Below are positions 34,471 to 47,790 of a DNA stretch of 64,000 nucleotides, in pieces. Under the pieces are notes generated by a model, which worked only from the letters and a program-made list of their open reading frames with translations, was not told where the DNA came from and did not search any database. Source of the DNA: Podarcis melisellensis (taxonomy: Eukaryota); assembly GCA_964234715.1 (NCBI GenBank), contig OZ174281.1. One strand, given 5' to 3'. The stretch's first letter is position 1. Each line of letters starts with the position of its first letter. The position numbers were made by a program, and so were the translations under genes.

Positions 34471-37400
34471 GAGGCAGTTCTTAAAAAGTCTCAGTAAACT
34501 TTTTTTAAAAACCCACAATATCATAACTGGAGAGTTAAACATCTCACAACAACCAGGTGAGGTAGGTTAGGCTGAGACATGGTGACAGACCATGATCAGG
34601 CTCAGTGGGGTAACAAACCAGGATCTTCCCTATCCTTGTCTCAATGTATACATTTGAAATGTTGGATATTCAAAGCTGGGCTTACAGGATCCGACCTGCT
34701 ATGGCTTCCTCCTGCATTAACCCTACTGAAATGAATGGAAGGTAAGCGAAACAACAGATGCTCTTGCATAGTTGCCAAATATTTCAAAGTGAAAGACTTC
34801 CTGGTGGATCGTGTCCTTAAAATAAGTAAGAGCAGGCAAAAAGAAAAAAAGGAGGGGGAAGGAGTTAAATGTTCAGTACTGGTGTTTTGCATTGACCAAT
34901 GCCTTCTGTTGGAGGGGGGGGACACACACTGCTGAGTATAACGTAGGTAAACTAAGCCTTCATTATTGGTATTCCACTTAACTGTATACATGTGTTTCTG
35001 GACTGTCTCATTAGTGCTAAGAATCAGCTTATCTGTCTTGCTGTTGATCTACAAAAGAAGCAGGCATGCTAAATACACCCAGTAATGCCTCCTAGTTTGT
35101 AACAGAGAATGCATACTGCATATGTAAGAGGACCTCATCTCATAATACAATACGTTATTATTAAGTAATAATGGTAATTCATGTGCTTCTTCTTTAAAAA
35201 AAACAACAAAAAAAACCACCCTCCAATTTTTATATGGCTAAATAGCAACAGTATTTTTCCTCCTTTTCCTCACTAATACTCCGGGAAAGCAAAATAACCG
35301 AGCAAGCTAGCAAATAAAACCATCTCTACTCCCCTTGGTATGGAAAGCAGAAGGATACAGGAGTCATATAAAATAGATCTTTTATAGCACGAAACCGTAA
35401 ATTATGTTGATCAGCTGCCTGTATAAGGTGTAAGGGTGTTTAATAGGCATAAGGTGATTTCTGAGCCTATATAAATATGTATGCTATATAAGGTGTAATG
35501 TAAATATACATCTGTAGTTTTATATATTGCCCATGCACGCGCACACACAGCCTGCATATATTAGGCATAGCCGAGGAAAAGGCAAACAATATAGATGAAA
35601 ATCAGCCTCTGTAAAAGGCAGCAACCCCATGATTCCATCTGAGCCAATCACTTAACATATTATTCATAATGCTAGTCTGCTCCCATCATACTCGTCCTGT
35701 CAGTAGCATCCTTCTTCATTTTCTCTTGCTTCTCAGTTCCAAGAAAGTGGAACCACTGTATCATTTACTGTCCACGACCCAAGCTGCTGATTTAAGGGCT
35801 TGGGTTTTGGGTTAATTTCCCCCCTCCCTCTCCTCTCCTTCCCAGAGTATTGTTCTCTGATATCTGGGGTGGCGTGGGGGTGGGCTCTTGAGAAACAATT
35901 TCACAGAACACAATGGAAGACCCGCGTCTCCCATGGAATTGTATTAAATATATATGTTTTAAATAATTTAAATCCTTTTCCTCCCCTTCAAAATTACCCA
36001 ATATTTAAACCAAGAAAATCTTAAAAGATAGGACATATGTCAGAGGAGGTTCACCCCGCCCTTTCAAATCCCTAAAGAAATCTTAATAAGAACACGCACA
36101 CACACACACATATTTATTGTACGTTTTGAAGAGTGTGTCATTATTTGCCTTAATGAGTTCTAGGCACAAAACCCTGCATTATTTTTTCAGGACTCTAGTG
36201 TTCTTGCTGCTATTATTATTATTTACAGTGGACAATGATGGCCTTCTGTCTTAAAACTTAATCACTGCTGCCTATTAAATTTGGGTTTCATATGTTGCTG
36301 GAGGTAGAACTGATTATCATAGTGAATGAAATACTTGTTTGGCGTATTCCCAGAGGGCAAAAAGCCATTCTTCAAGGTGATGCATCTCATTTGAGGAATA
36401 CATTAACAATTGAAGGCAGTTAAAAATACATGTGAACTCCCAGTGAGGCAAACCTGAGGTTGACCATATATATTTACTGACCGGCTCCTGCCTCATTCAG
36501 AGAAGAAAACTGTGATATGGAAGGCTGGTTTCTGCATCGTATGAGACCTTAATTTACAACTCTAATGTGGCAAGGAGTTCAGAGCTGCTTAGAAAATATT
36601 TAGGATTTAACGCTCTGTATGGGTTTCAGATGACTTTTGTGTCTTCGAAGGTTAAAGGGAAAAAGTATGAGCAAAGATAAGGCTCAACAGCATTAAAGGT
36701 CAAGTTTGCGATTGAAATTAGCTTCTCATTTCAAGGTTGCAGGACAAAATAGAAAGAATAAGACAGATGCAGCTCCCAAGCCATATGGAAAAAAGTTTTA
36801 TTTTTTTCCCCAGGAAAGAAATATAGCAAGGCCCTACTTGAAATCAATTGTTATTCATAGGAAAGGCCAGGTCACAGTATGATTATATTATCTGGATTAA
36901 CACTCTCAGCACAGGCCAAAGAAGCTGAGAGAATATCCTATTTGAGGATGGATGTAGACAAACATTCTTGTCAACGTCATGTTTGTTGATCTTAACATGC
37001 TCCCCGCCCACCGCCCCCGCTTTTCTGGAATTATTATCATTATTATTTTCTAGTATCTAGTGTTTCTAGTATCTAACCTTATTTCTAAGAAGAGCTGAAG
37101 GAAAGTAGATTTCTGAGGGTTCACATGATCTACATTAGTGTACATTTGAATGCCTATGTTGCATATAGAAAACAGCTGAATAATAAAAACATTAAAAAAA
37201 CCTGATTAAAAGGTAGTCCATTACTTCTGTCTACTTTTTCCCCATCACAGTCAGCTGTGTTTCGTAGACTGTAGCTGCGTGGTGAGTATTGTTATAACAC
37301 ATTTCACCTCATTTGACAAGAAGTAAGCTATTTTGAATTAGAAACACGGAAAACAAATAAACTGATGGTGATGGAAAACAGGGGGGAAACAGCATGGGAA

Positions 37401-38307
37401 TATACATGGTATAGGAAAACAGTGAAACAAAGTCTATAAAATGGTGTACTATAGGGCAGGGTGATGGATGTGTATGTGAAGCACTAATTGCAACACTTGT
37501 GTGTGCGTGTGACACTCACACTGCCACTTTCCACATTGCTGTTGTGACAGGAAGGGGCATATTACTTGCAGGAAAGGATCTTGTTTCCAAGGCCCTTGGA
37601 ATGCTCAGAAAGTGTGACATCTCCACTAACATTTCCAGCCTTGATGGAAGAGAGGTGAATTTTGCAAACCAGATGATGCACAGGAAGCATTCAGAATGTG
37701 CATTCAGCTGCCTGTCCCCAATCCACCTATATTCTAGTGAATCTGGAATGTGAGCCCATCCGCAGCACCGGTTAGCCTAGGGTCTAGGGACAGCACGTCC
37801 CGTTTTGCCACTTGAAACAAAATGGGAAGTGCTGCCCTGCTGTGCTGTGCTGGCCGCTCCACTGCCTCATCTGCTAGCCCACCGCCACCTCACCCATGCC
37901 TGCCAGTGCCACTTCTGTGCCACCTTTACCACTGGCCAACATCTCACCAGATTTCAGCAAGATTTTGCCAGAAATCTGCACCAATGCCAGCAACACCATG
38001 GGGCACCTGCAGGGCTTCTCTTATTCAGGGGCTTCTAGCATCTCAGGCAGCTGCTTCACTCTGCCTCGTGGATCCTGCTAGGGTCCAATCATGCACTCTG
38101 CTGGTACTGCACTGTATCATGATGGTCACTTGTACCATTATTGGGAATATACATTTTTTAATTCGATCCAGGAGTTGTCGCAGCACACATAATACTTTGC
38201 TAGGGCACCCCGCTGCCTTTTTGTTGTTGTTGCTTGGCACTGATATGGTACTCAGGTCTGCATAGCTAGATGATGTCTTTGCATTGAATTGAAATGGTGG
38301 TGTTGGC

Positions 38308-38510
38308 AAGAAGAAGAAGAAGAAGAGTTTGGATTTGATATCCCGCTTTATCACTACCCGAAGGAGTCTCAAAGCGGCTAACAATCTCCTTTCCCCTCCT
38401 CCCCCACAACATACACTCTGTGAGGTGAGTGAGGCTGAAAGACTTCAGAGAAGTGTGACAAGCCCAAGGTCACCCAGCAGCTGCATGTGGAGGAGTGGAG
38501 ACTCGAACCC
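38308..38510 (-). mobile_element. CORE/MIR-like tRNA SINE with (CTT)n tail (Squam3-like), partial
   Basis: (AAG)n followed by MIR-core-like GTGAGGT..GCCCAAGGTCACCCAGC and B-box complement ACTCGAACCC. Confidence 0.65.
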
Positions 38511-41500
38511 ATTATTATTTCTACTCAGCTGTAAAACACAGAGGGTGGCCATAGGCAAATCTAATCCTCGCTTGCATGGCTAAACTGTGGATCAATAGGG
38601 ATTTTCAAGCTTTTTCGTACAAATGCTTAATAATGATAACAACAATTCTGGTGCAAACCTGAATTTTTTGTTTTAAGAGTAAAATTGCACGTGGCAGAAA
38701 ATATGCTTCCTACAACACTTGATCTAGGAATGACTCGAAAAAGACACATTCCTGCCAACATCTTCAAAGCTGCCATGTACTCAAAGAGGTTTACAACTTC
38801 CAGTTGATTTCCCTAGTGTACTTTGTAATGTTCTACAATAACATTTGTTCTGGGAACACAACGCCCATTCCAAGCGTTAGGTTTGTAAGTCCAGTTTTTG
38901 TAGTGTCTGTCAATACTTTGTCAGCTATATAGTTCACTGGGGTAAAAAGAAGAAGAGCTGCACTGACTTCTGTATTCAGGTGAAATACAGTTAAGGAAGA
39001 AGCTTAGGGATTGGAGCGAGCAATAATGACATCACTCCGGTATGCTTCGGGAAGGAGAAGGAGAGGCCTGCCTATTGGAGGGAACGTTATGACATCACAC
39101 GGACTCATAAGAGGGACTAAACTCCTGTCTCCTTAATTTTTTATGTAAAAAGGAGTCACAAAAGTGTGTGGGGTGGGGAAGTGGAGTGAGAATTTGAATC
39201 AAGGCAGTGGTGAAGTGGGAGGTGCATATTAAATCTTTTCCAGGGTGATCTTCCTAATGAAAATAGTTCCCCTCCTCTCCACTGCTGCTTTTTAACCTGT
39301 TATCTAACCCGTTTTTACCCTGTATTTATGAGCTTTCCCTAATTGGCCAATATCAGCTTTGAAAAGGCAATTCCACTGAGAAACAGGGCTGGAGAGGAAA
39401 AGGACAACTCCCAACACCATGGCCCCAGTCTGAATCAGATCCCCACCCCACCAATCCTTTGTATAAATGTTTGTGGGTTCCCAGCATTTCTTTTGGTTTG
39501 TCACCAACAGTCAGAAGGGAAGAAGAAAGACAGGCAACACTTCAAAAACTTATAGGCTGCCAGGCTGAGTAGACAGCACAGGACAGGACTATATGGATTA
39601 ATGGCCAGATTCAGTATAAACACAGCTCCATATGTTAAACAAACTCATCTCTTTGGTTTAGATTTAAAAGCAAGGGGAAACTTCAGGGCCATTTCGAGGA
39701 ATAATTTTGTACCAAGAAAACAATTTCCAAGTCCAAAATATAAGCATGTAGCACTGCTTTGGAAATTCACCACCATGTTTAATTCCTGCCCCATTCCTTT
39801 GAAAGATGCATGAACAGTGACAGAGAAAGAATTTTGCCCAGTTTTGGGAGTGTGCTGCCACTATATGGCCATAGGCGATGGTTTGTTTATGGGAATGTTT
39901 CCTGAAAACAAATGGTATCCTGTTAAGATAGTTTAGCATCCCAAAAGTTAAGAGATGTAGGGGAACTACAGTTGCCAAAGAAACAAGGGAACATACAGTT
40001 TTACACCAAACGCTTTCTGAAGGGCAAGGATAGACAACATGGTGCTCTCTAGATGTGACTGTGCTACTGTTTCCATCATCTGTGGCCATTGTCCATGCAA
40101 GCCAAGCCTGATGGGAGCTGTAGTCTATGTACATCTGAAGGACACTACATTAGCTACACCAAAGTAGGGTTTCTTTCCAGACTTCTTCATTTCTAAAATG
40201 CATACATATTGTCATCATATAGAACAGTTAGAATTGTGTTCTTCCAGCTGTGAACTGGAAATAACTTATTCTCCATGAAAATGACCTCCTAGAGAGAGCC
40301 ATTGTTATGGAACCCATCACGACAGTGGTCCCTGCTGTGATGAAGATCAGCTGGATTGTATCTAGTGTATATGAACAGTGGCCAAATAGTCAACAGGATG
40401 TCCCCACTTTGGCCACAATCCATGGAGGCACAACACTTTCCATGCACACACCTGATTCCCTTTCAGATTTTAGTCAAGTTCCAACCTGTTGGAAGGCAGT
40501 TAACTTACAGTTTATTTGTGTTCCTATCGTATTCAATAAATCTCCCCAGGATTTAGTTTGCTCTTACCTTCACATGACCTCAGAATTGCACAGTGTTGAC
40601 ATTTTTGGATATCAAATGCACGTCTGGCTTGAGTATCTATTGTCAAACACTTCCCAATTTACTGTATTTAAACACATCTTTTAAGGTGAGTAGTAACACA
40701 TTTCCATGTCTTAGTTGTATGGAATGTATTTTTCTGTTTAGCTGAGCCACCTGGGTTTCATATATATCAAACTGATTCTCAGGAACACACACACACTTCC
40801 CCCTGTCCAGTAAAGGGTCACTTTCCAGACTATCAGGTTCTGGACACAGGGAGCTGGTTGCCAGTTCAATCAAGCCTGAGGCAGGTGCATAGTCAGAAAA
40901 CAAACACAAAACCCGGCAAGTTTGGGAGGCATTGTGTAGTCAGAACCATATAAGAACTGACTTCCAGAGCAAAAATGAGGTAATGGGAGGAAGCACTTAG
41001 GGAGTGTTATAAGAACATAAAAAGAGTCCACTGGATCAGGCCAGTGGCTTAACTAGTCCAGCATCCTATTCTCACAGTGGTCAACCATATGCCTTTTAAA
41101 GTGTTCGTGCCTTCTTTGCAAACACTCAATGAGTGAACCTTTTACATTCTGGAGGAAATAGAAATGTTCTGTTCGCATACACATATAATTATCTTAGTTT
41201 GACACACACACACAACTTTCCTATTTCTTATTGTCAGTAACTCCTGTGATGAGCAGGCAGATAAGATGCTGCTGGCAGCTGGTCTGTTTCTGCATCCACT
41301 GCCTCTCCTCTTGACTGCTACACCATGTTGATGATATATGATTGTACATAAAGCACATGTGATAATAGCCAATCAGGGAAGGATACATCATGATGCATGA
41401 CATCATCCACTCATGCCACATTCCCAAGGTGAACTTTGGTGAAAAAAAATGCACAAAAATCCAAAGATACTTCAAAAGCTCGTAACAGATAACTTTTGTA

Positions 41501-44500
41501 CTAGTTCATATCGTCGGATTTGTAACTTGGCACACATACTTCCACTCATGATGTGGTCAGGTCACCCACAACTACTTATTTCCTCTCTTCCAAGCTAGGG
41601 GACAGCTTTTCTTTCTCTAATAAACACTCTGTTATGGCCATAAATAAAAAGCATATCCATATTTTTCCAGTTATATCTCTATAAAGTGCTTGCTATGCTG
41701 TATTTAAACAGTATGCCTCATCCTAAGCTTGTAATTATGGACAATAGTTTTCTTATGTCTTCAGCTGTCACCAGCAGAATTTCACAAAGCTTCATAATCA
41801 GGCTTGCGTTGAGCAATAAGTAGGACATACCTTCTGTGTGCCAGTGGCAACATTCCTTCTTCAACAAGGAGAAATACTTTTCTCCTGCATCTTTCATTGT
41901 TACTTGTCAAAAAGTTATTCTCTGGATGAAGAACAGCTAATGATGAATTTGAGAATGAAGTGCCATTGCCAAACCTCAGAATTCAGAAATCCTGCTTTGA
42001 CCTCATGAAAATATGAAACTGTCTGAACGGTTGTGAGTTTAGGAAATAACAAATTGTAGCATTTTATTTCCCATACCGTTTTTAAGCTGGGGACATTTAT
42101 CATGAGACTCATGATAAATCACAAATCTTGGCAACGCTGAAAAGGAAGACAGAAGCTCTTCAGAACATTTGGTTCTCCTTATATAAATTAGTATCACACT
42201 CCATTAGAAAGCTTTAGTAAGATGCACATTTATGTAAAACTTACATAAATTGAATGGATTAACCAAGCAATTAAAACGTATCCCATCAATCAGCTAAGTT
42301 GGTCTTCACTGTGTGGGTCATTTGGTGTTTTTAAAGATGGGCTCTTGGTTTGAACCCGCCCTCCCGAGCACGCTCAGTGTCTTTTGATGGGCCGCTTCTC
42401 TGCCAGTTCAACTTGGCAGGCCAATTTGCCTATGGTGGCAGCATCCCAACCAGTGCTGGGCGGCTGTGCCTAGCAACCCCTTTTTATTTTCTGCTGTATT
42501 GCACAATGGCTAAGAGGTCTTGAATGTGTCAAAAATTAGGCATGGCATGGAAAAAGTGGATAGAGAAATTTTTGTTCCTCTGCAACTCTAGAACCCAGGG
42601 AGCTGAATTCAAAGTAGCGCTAAGCAGCTCTTTGTCAGAGTGTAATGACTGGTGCTTGTGCAACTAGGCTCCCCCCCCAAAAAAAAACACTTCTGGGGAC
42701 TCCCCTAACTTTCTGGAACAGATTTGGGAATGGCGCAAGGGGAAGAAGAGGGGTGCAAGTGGAAGTTGTTCTGCTTCTGCAGTTGTTTAGTTGAGTACTG
42801 ATCAGGCACCCAATGAACCTGAGTATTGGGAGGTTTGGTACAGACAAAAATAAATAAAACAGATAAATGGATATATGTGTGCCAGGGATAAATATATGCA
42901 GGCACAAAACACATATGAGCACCTCAAAGCTCCTGGGAAGGAGGGTGGGATACAAAGATGAGAAATGACTAAGTCGTTTTGAGTGGTCACTTCTCACAAC
43001 CCCATCTCTTTTCTTCTCTAGCTCCTCTACCAGTGGATTTTCTATTTGTAGCGGCTCCTTCCCAGCACTAGCACCTTAAGCAGCACTGGTTTCTCCTTTG
43101 CACTTTGGTATGCCCTATCAGGTTTGGGACACTGAACAGTCCCTTCAGGACTGAATTTAGTCAAGCGCCACTAGCCAAGTTGACATCAACAGCAGCTAGG
43201 TGCTTCTTAGGAAGAGTACAAGAACATGGCACTCATTGACATTGCCTTCTTTGTGGTGGTGCCTCCCATTTGATATGCCCTCTGTGTATTCAAGGGCCAA
43301 GTGAAAACCCACCAGTTCACTCAGGCTTTTGATGCTCACTAGCTGTAACCGGATAGCAGTTACATAGTATGGTATTTAGTGTGCAGCACTACAGTAAAAA
43401 TTGTGATTGAACTAGGGAGGACTGGGAACTTCGCTCACCCCAAACCCTTGAGAGCTGTTGCCAGTCAGTGCAGACAATATTGAGCTAAATGAGTCAATAC
43501 TGACCATGGACCATTGAGAACATAGGCAGCTTCCTGTGTTCTCAATTAATATTTTTTTGGTCTCCAGCGAGTTTATTCTTGTTTAAAGTGATTATAGTGC
43601 AAGTCTACAAGATATCATGCAGTTTTGTGTTCTATAACCTTCCCAAGCTGTGTGTGAAATGTATTATTTCTGCCTTTGAAAGCTTCATGTATCTCTGCTT
43701 TTTCGCTTAGATCCATTTTAACTTTGCCCCATACACTCTCATATTTCATTACCAGCTCAAGGAAAAGTGTCTTACAGAGCTTTCTTTGTCTGATATAGGT
43801 GGGTTTTGCTTTCTGCCCTTCACCTGCCAGATGGATCAGCAGGTGATTTTTGCCTTTTTTAAAAGGTGAGAGCTGCTATGCCTTCTTACTTCTTCCTGTA
43901 ACAAAAAAAAAAAAGAAAACGATTTATATATGCATCAGAGCTACTTGCACATGCTTCTTAAGTTTCTGGCATCCCTCATTTTGAGGGACTTCTTATATTT
44001 GTTTCCTTCTCTGCTCACAGGACACCTGCTGATATTTCTCAGTCTCTTTACAGTAAGTGACACCTGAGCGTTGTATCCCAAACCAACTTTCCTTTTTGCA
44101 TCTCCAGCCAACTCCAGCCTCCAAGGTATCTGGCCCCTGGCAGCTCTACCAGAAATTAGTCAATATAAGATAGGCAGAGAGTTAGAGTGAATTGCTCTCA
44201 GAAGTGATTAGAGGTAGACATATTATACAGTTTAATATATCAGTTGTCCTTGGGTTTTGTATGAAACAACCAAGGTGTATCTAAGCAAATTGCGTTCTCC
44301 AGCTTTGCTGCTCTTGCTGCTAAGTGCTGCTGACTTTATCATAGAGCAGTAATGGAGAACTGTGGGGAATTTCCATCAGTTCTAGCCAGCAAGGTTAGCG
44401 ACCAGGGAATGGTAGTCCTCAACATCTTAAGAGGCACAGGTTCCCCATCTTTGTCATAGAGCCTGAGCTAGACTGGAGATTAGAGTAGCCACCAAGGTAA

Positions 44501-47500
44501 TTTTTTCTTAAAGGCTGCCCCAGTGTTAAATAACATAGGGGCTATATCAAAATTTCCAATTCTTTCCTTAAATCATTTCAAGACATTGTTTTTGCTTATC
44601 AATAGTTTTAGGGTCATTCTTTTCTGCCGTAAGTTTCTGAAGTGCTTCCAACATTAATTACAAATAGACCTTTACTGTCTACTGATGAAGTCTCTTGCTG
44701 TGTTAACAGAATGCAGGAAGATAATCTTTTAGATCAGGTAATTTAGTGGTTTAGCCTTCACTGAATTCCATTCACCCAACAGTCGTGTGTGATTTTTATT
44801 TCGGGCATTTCTCCTTTAAGTTGGCTTTGTTTTGACAGTTTGCTGTCTATAGATTCAGCGGTGTTGTGAGTGACCATTGTAAATGCTGACAGCTCCCTTT
44901 CCAATATGTTTCTTTTCCTTTCTTTTTAAACAGCATTGCCTCTAGTCACATAATAACTTTTCATTTGTCATTTCAATTAAGTGAAGTTTCCACTATCCTC
45001 TGACTTTATTTAAAAGTCTAGTAAACAACCCATATGCCCCACTGATCCAATACAAGACCTGACATATTTGTGAAGCTTGCTGCCAAATTCACAGGCACAC
45101 ATGCAGAACTAGGGTGGAACATTATGATTATTAACAACAATAATAATGTTTCCTTGTAGGGGGGGGGGGAAACTACACAATTGTAAAATGTTTTCATGCC
45201 AAACAAGCTAAAGTATTGCGCTCTTTTAATTTTGGGGTGGAGAACTTCCAGGGCTCTCTATCTGGCCCTCAGGCCTCTTCCTAGGCCACACCCCTCTCAC
45301 TAGGCTGCACTCTCTTACCAGAGTATTTTTGCAGGGCTCGAATATGTCCGTGAACTGTATCATTGCCTCTTGCTTACCTGGATAGATGTGTGTGTTTTTG
45401 TGTGCTGTAGGAACTCTGGTTTTTGCTGTAAGAGCCACATCCATTGCTCCACCCACTTTTTGGCCTCTGGTACCACCTACCATTGGTATGAACCTTGGAA
45501 AGTTGCTCCTTTTATAACTACACCACAGACAGTAACTTGTCTTTTGAAGCTAAATCAAATCCCAAGGCCAGCCATGGATATGGGAAAATCCAGGTTGAAA
45601 TCCCTAATCAGTCATAAAGCTGATTTCTTGGGCAAATCTCTTCAGTTTTACCTACCTGACAGGGTTGTTGAGAGGCTAAAATGCTGGCCTGAGCCCCTTG
45701 GAGAAAGGTTGGCATAGAAAAGGCAGCTGAGGGAACAGTCCTTTGGTTCCTTGGATGGTGTCCATACCATCCAAGGGACCATAGGGTATTGTGAACCTCC
45801 CTCCCTGTGGATGTGTCCACCATGACCTGGCTCTGGTCTTGGATTGTTAGGTTGATCAAACCTAGAGATAGTGAGTTGCTTAAGGTTCTTCACTGATCTT
45901 CACAGCTGTGCAATGTTTTCACCTGGATTTTCAACACCCAAACCCATTAGTCCAGCTATCACTGTTCTAAAGTTAGTGTGGATGTACACATATCAAAGCT
46001 CTTTATTTGGAATCAAGGGATTTTGAGGAGTTTTGCTTTAATCAGCTAGGGACCTGTGCACCTTTGAGATTCTCACCTACTTTAAGTAGCATTTGGATCA
46101 AAGAAGGGTGCCCAATCTGAACTCCAGTGCCCAGAAGCTTTGATTAAGGGATTCTCTTTCAGAAGTAACTCAAAGCTTTTGGTGTGGACTGCCATTAATC
46201 CCTAACAACTAAAAAGACAAGGGATTATATGAACTCTCTAACAGATTACATCCAACATTTGTATATTCCAGGCTTATACATATTTATTCAAATTGCAGAG
46301 CTATAAGATGGCCATCTGGGCTAATGAAATATTTTTGCAAGCTAACGTTTAGCACAATTTTATGCAAGGCTGGTGTATTCTGTGTTTTCCTCGCTTTGGA
46401 AATGTGCTGTTACCCTCCCAGACTTACTGAGGTTGAATAGGCTTGTAAAGAGGTGACATTAATTTTGTAGTAGCTGTGATAATTAACTTCCACTTGCCCC
46501 CCCTTCCGCCCCCTCTCTCTTCATGCTAACAGTTGTTTGAAGTTCAGCAATTCCCCTCCCATCTTCTTGCTGTTTTTTCAGGTGAGCTCAGATAAAACAT
46601 CCCTATTGCATATATAGTAGATTTTGAACCTGGTTATAAAGACATGTAAAAGTGACCCTGCTAGCAACTCTGTTGCTCATGCTGAGGTTTAAACACTGGA
46701 ATTGGTTTCCCAGCGGATTTTCACTTTCACAAGTACTTAATGCAGCTTTAGGTGTCCCCAGGGCAGTCTGAACTGGCCACCGAATATCTTTTTTAAGGGG
46801 AGTGAACAATGGCTTAGTTCCACCACTGCTGAAAGTCAAGATTCATGTATTTCCTCTCAACGTTTAGTGTTCCTGGAGGCACTCAGGACTGTCGCATTAG
46901 TGAATGAGGCTGTTTTTATCCATCCCAAGGCTAGGTACAGTGTAGGTGAGGGCAATCCAAGCTTCCCCATGGTGCTTTGTCAAAGCTTGTTAACCCTAAA
47001 CTGAGCCGATTACTACTCTGGAGTATGATTACAATTGTAATTTCAAGCCTATTTAAAAAAAGCAGAGCCTTTTAGCTGGCAGAGGGCTTTGATTACAGGA
47101 AACACAGCATAACTTTTATTTTGAAAGGATTGTCAATCCAGGACTATGGAACTGCCATTTTTGTTTTGTTTTATGATAGGCATATTTCTATCTGAGGAGT
47201 ATTTACTGCGTGAATAAAACAAAACTAATTTTGCTCTCAAATAGTCTCAGATTGGAATTCTGAGGACCAATCTAGCCTTTCTGTGGTTTACCTCCTGAGT
47301 CTACTAACCAAACATAACAGAATGTTATGTATTTACACAATGTCTTTTTGGGGCCTAAGAATACCACACCTCCAAATTCTATAATTTTTAATTTGAGGAT
47401 ACCCCTGTGCTGCAGTGAAACTTCTCTGCTTTTATCAACACTCTCTTGGCTTCTATTTAGATGTGTGCTCCTTGATGAGTAGCTTCTAAATTTACTTCAG

Positions 47501-47661
47501 CTTTTACTTTACCTGAAATCCCATGGACAGAAATTTGGCCGGAACTTCAGAGTTGGTAAAGTGTTATGTTTTGCTTGTGCTAATCTAAGGTGCGGAAATT
47601 GCTATTTATGAGGACTTCATCCCTGGAACATTATCTGCCTTTCCTAATCCAGCCACCACAA

Positions 47662-47790
47662 CAAGAACATAAGAAGAGCCTACTGGATCAGGCCAATGGT
47701 CCATCTAGTTCAGCATCTTGTTTTCACAGTGGTCACCAGTATGCCTGTAGGAATCCTACAAGTAGGACTCAAGCACAAGAGCACTCTTCC
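47662..47790 (-). mobile_element. Squamate retroposon 3' end fragment (related copies near 16540, 17345, 41010; opposite orientation near 8750)
   Basis: Recurrent AAGAACATAAGAAGAGCC..CTGGATCAGGCCAA..CTAGTCCAGCATC-like motif seen several times in the window. Confidence 0.6.
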
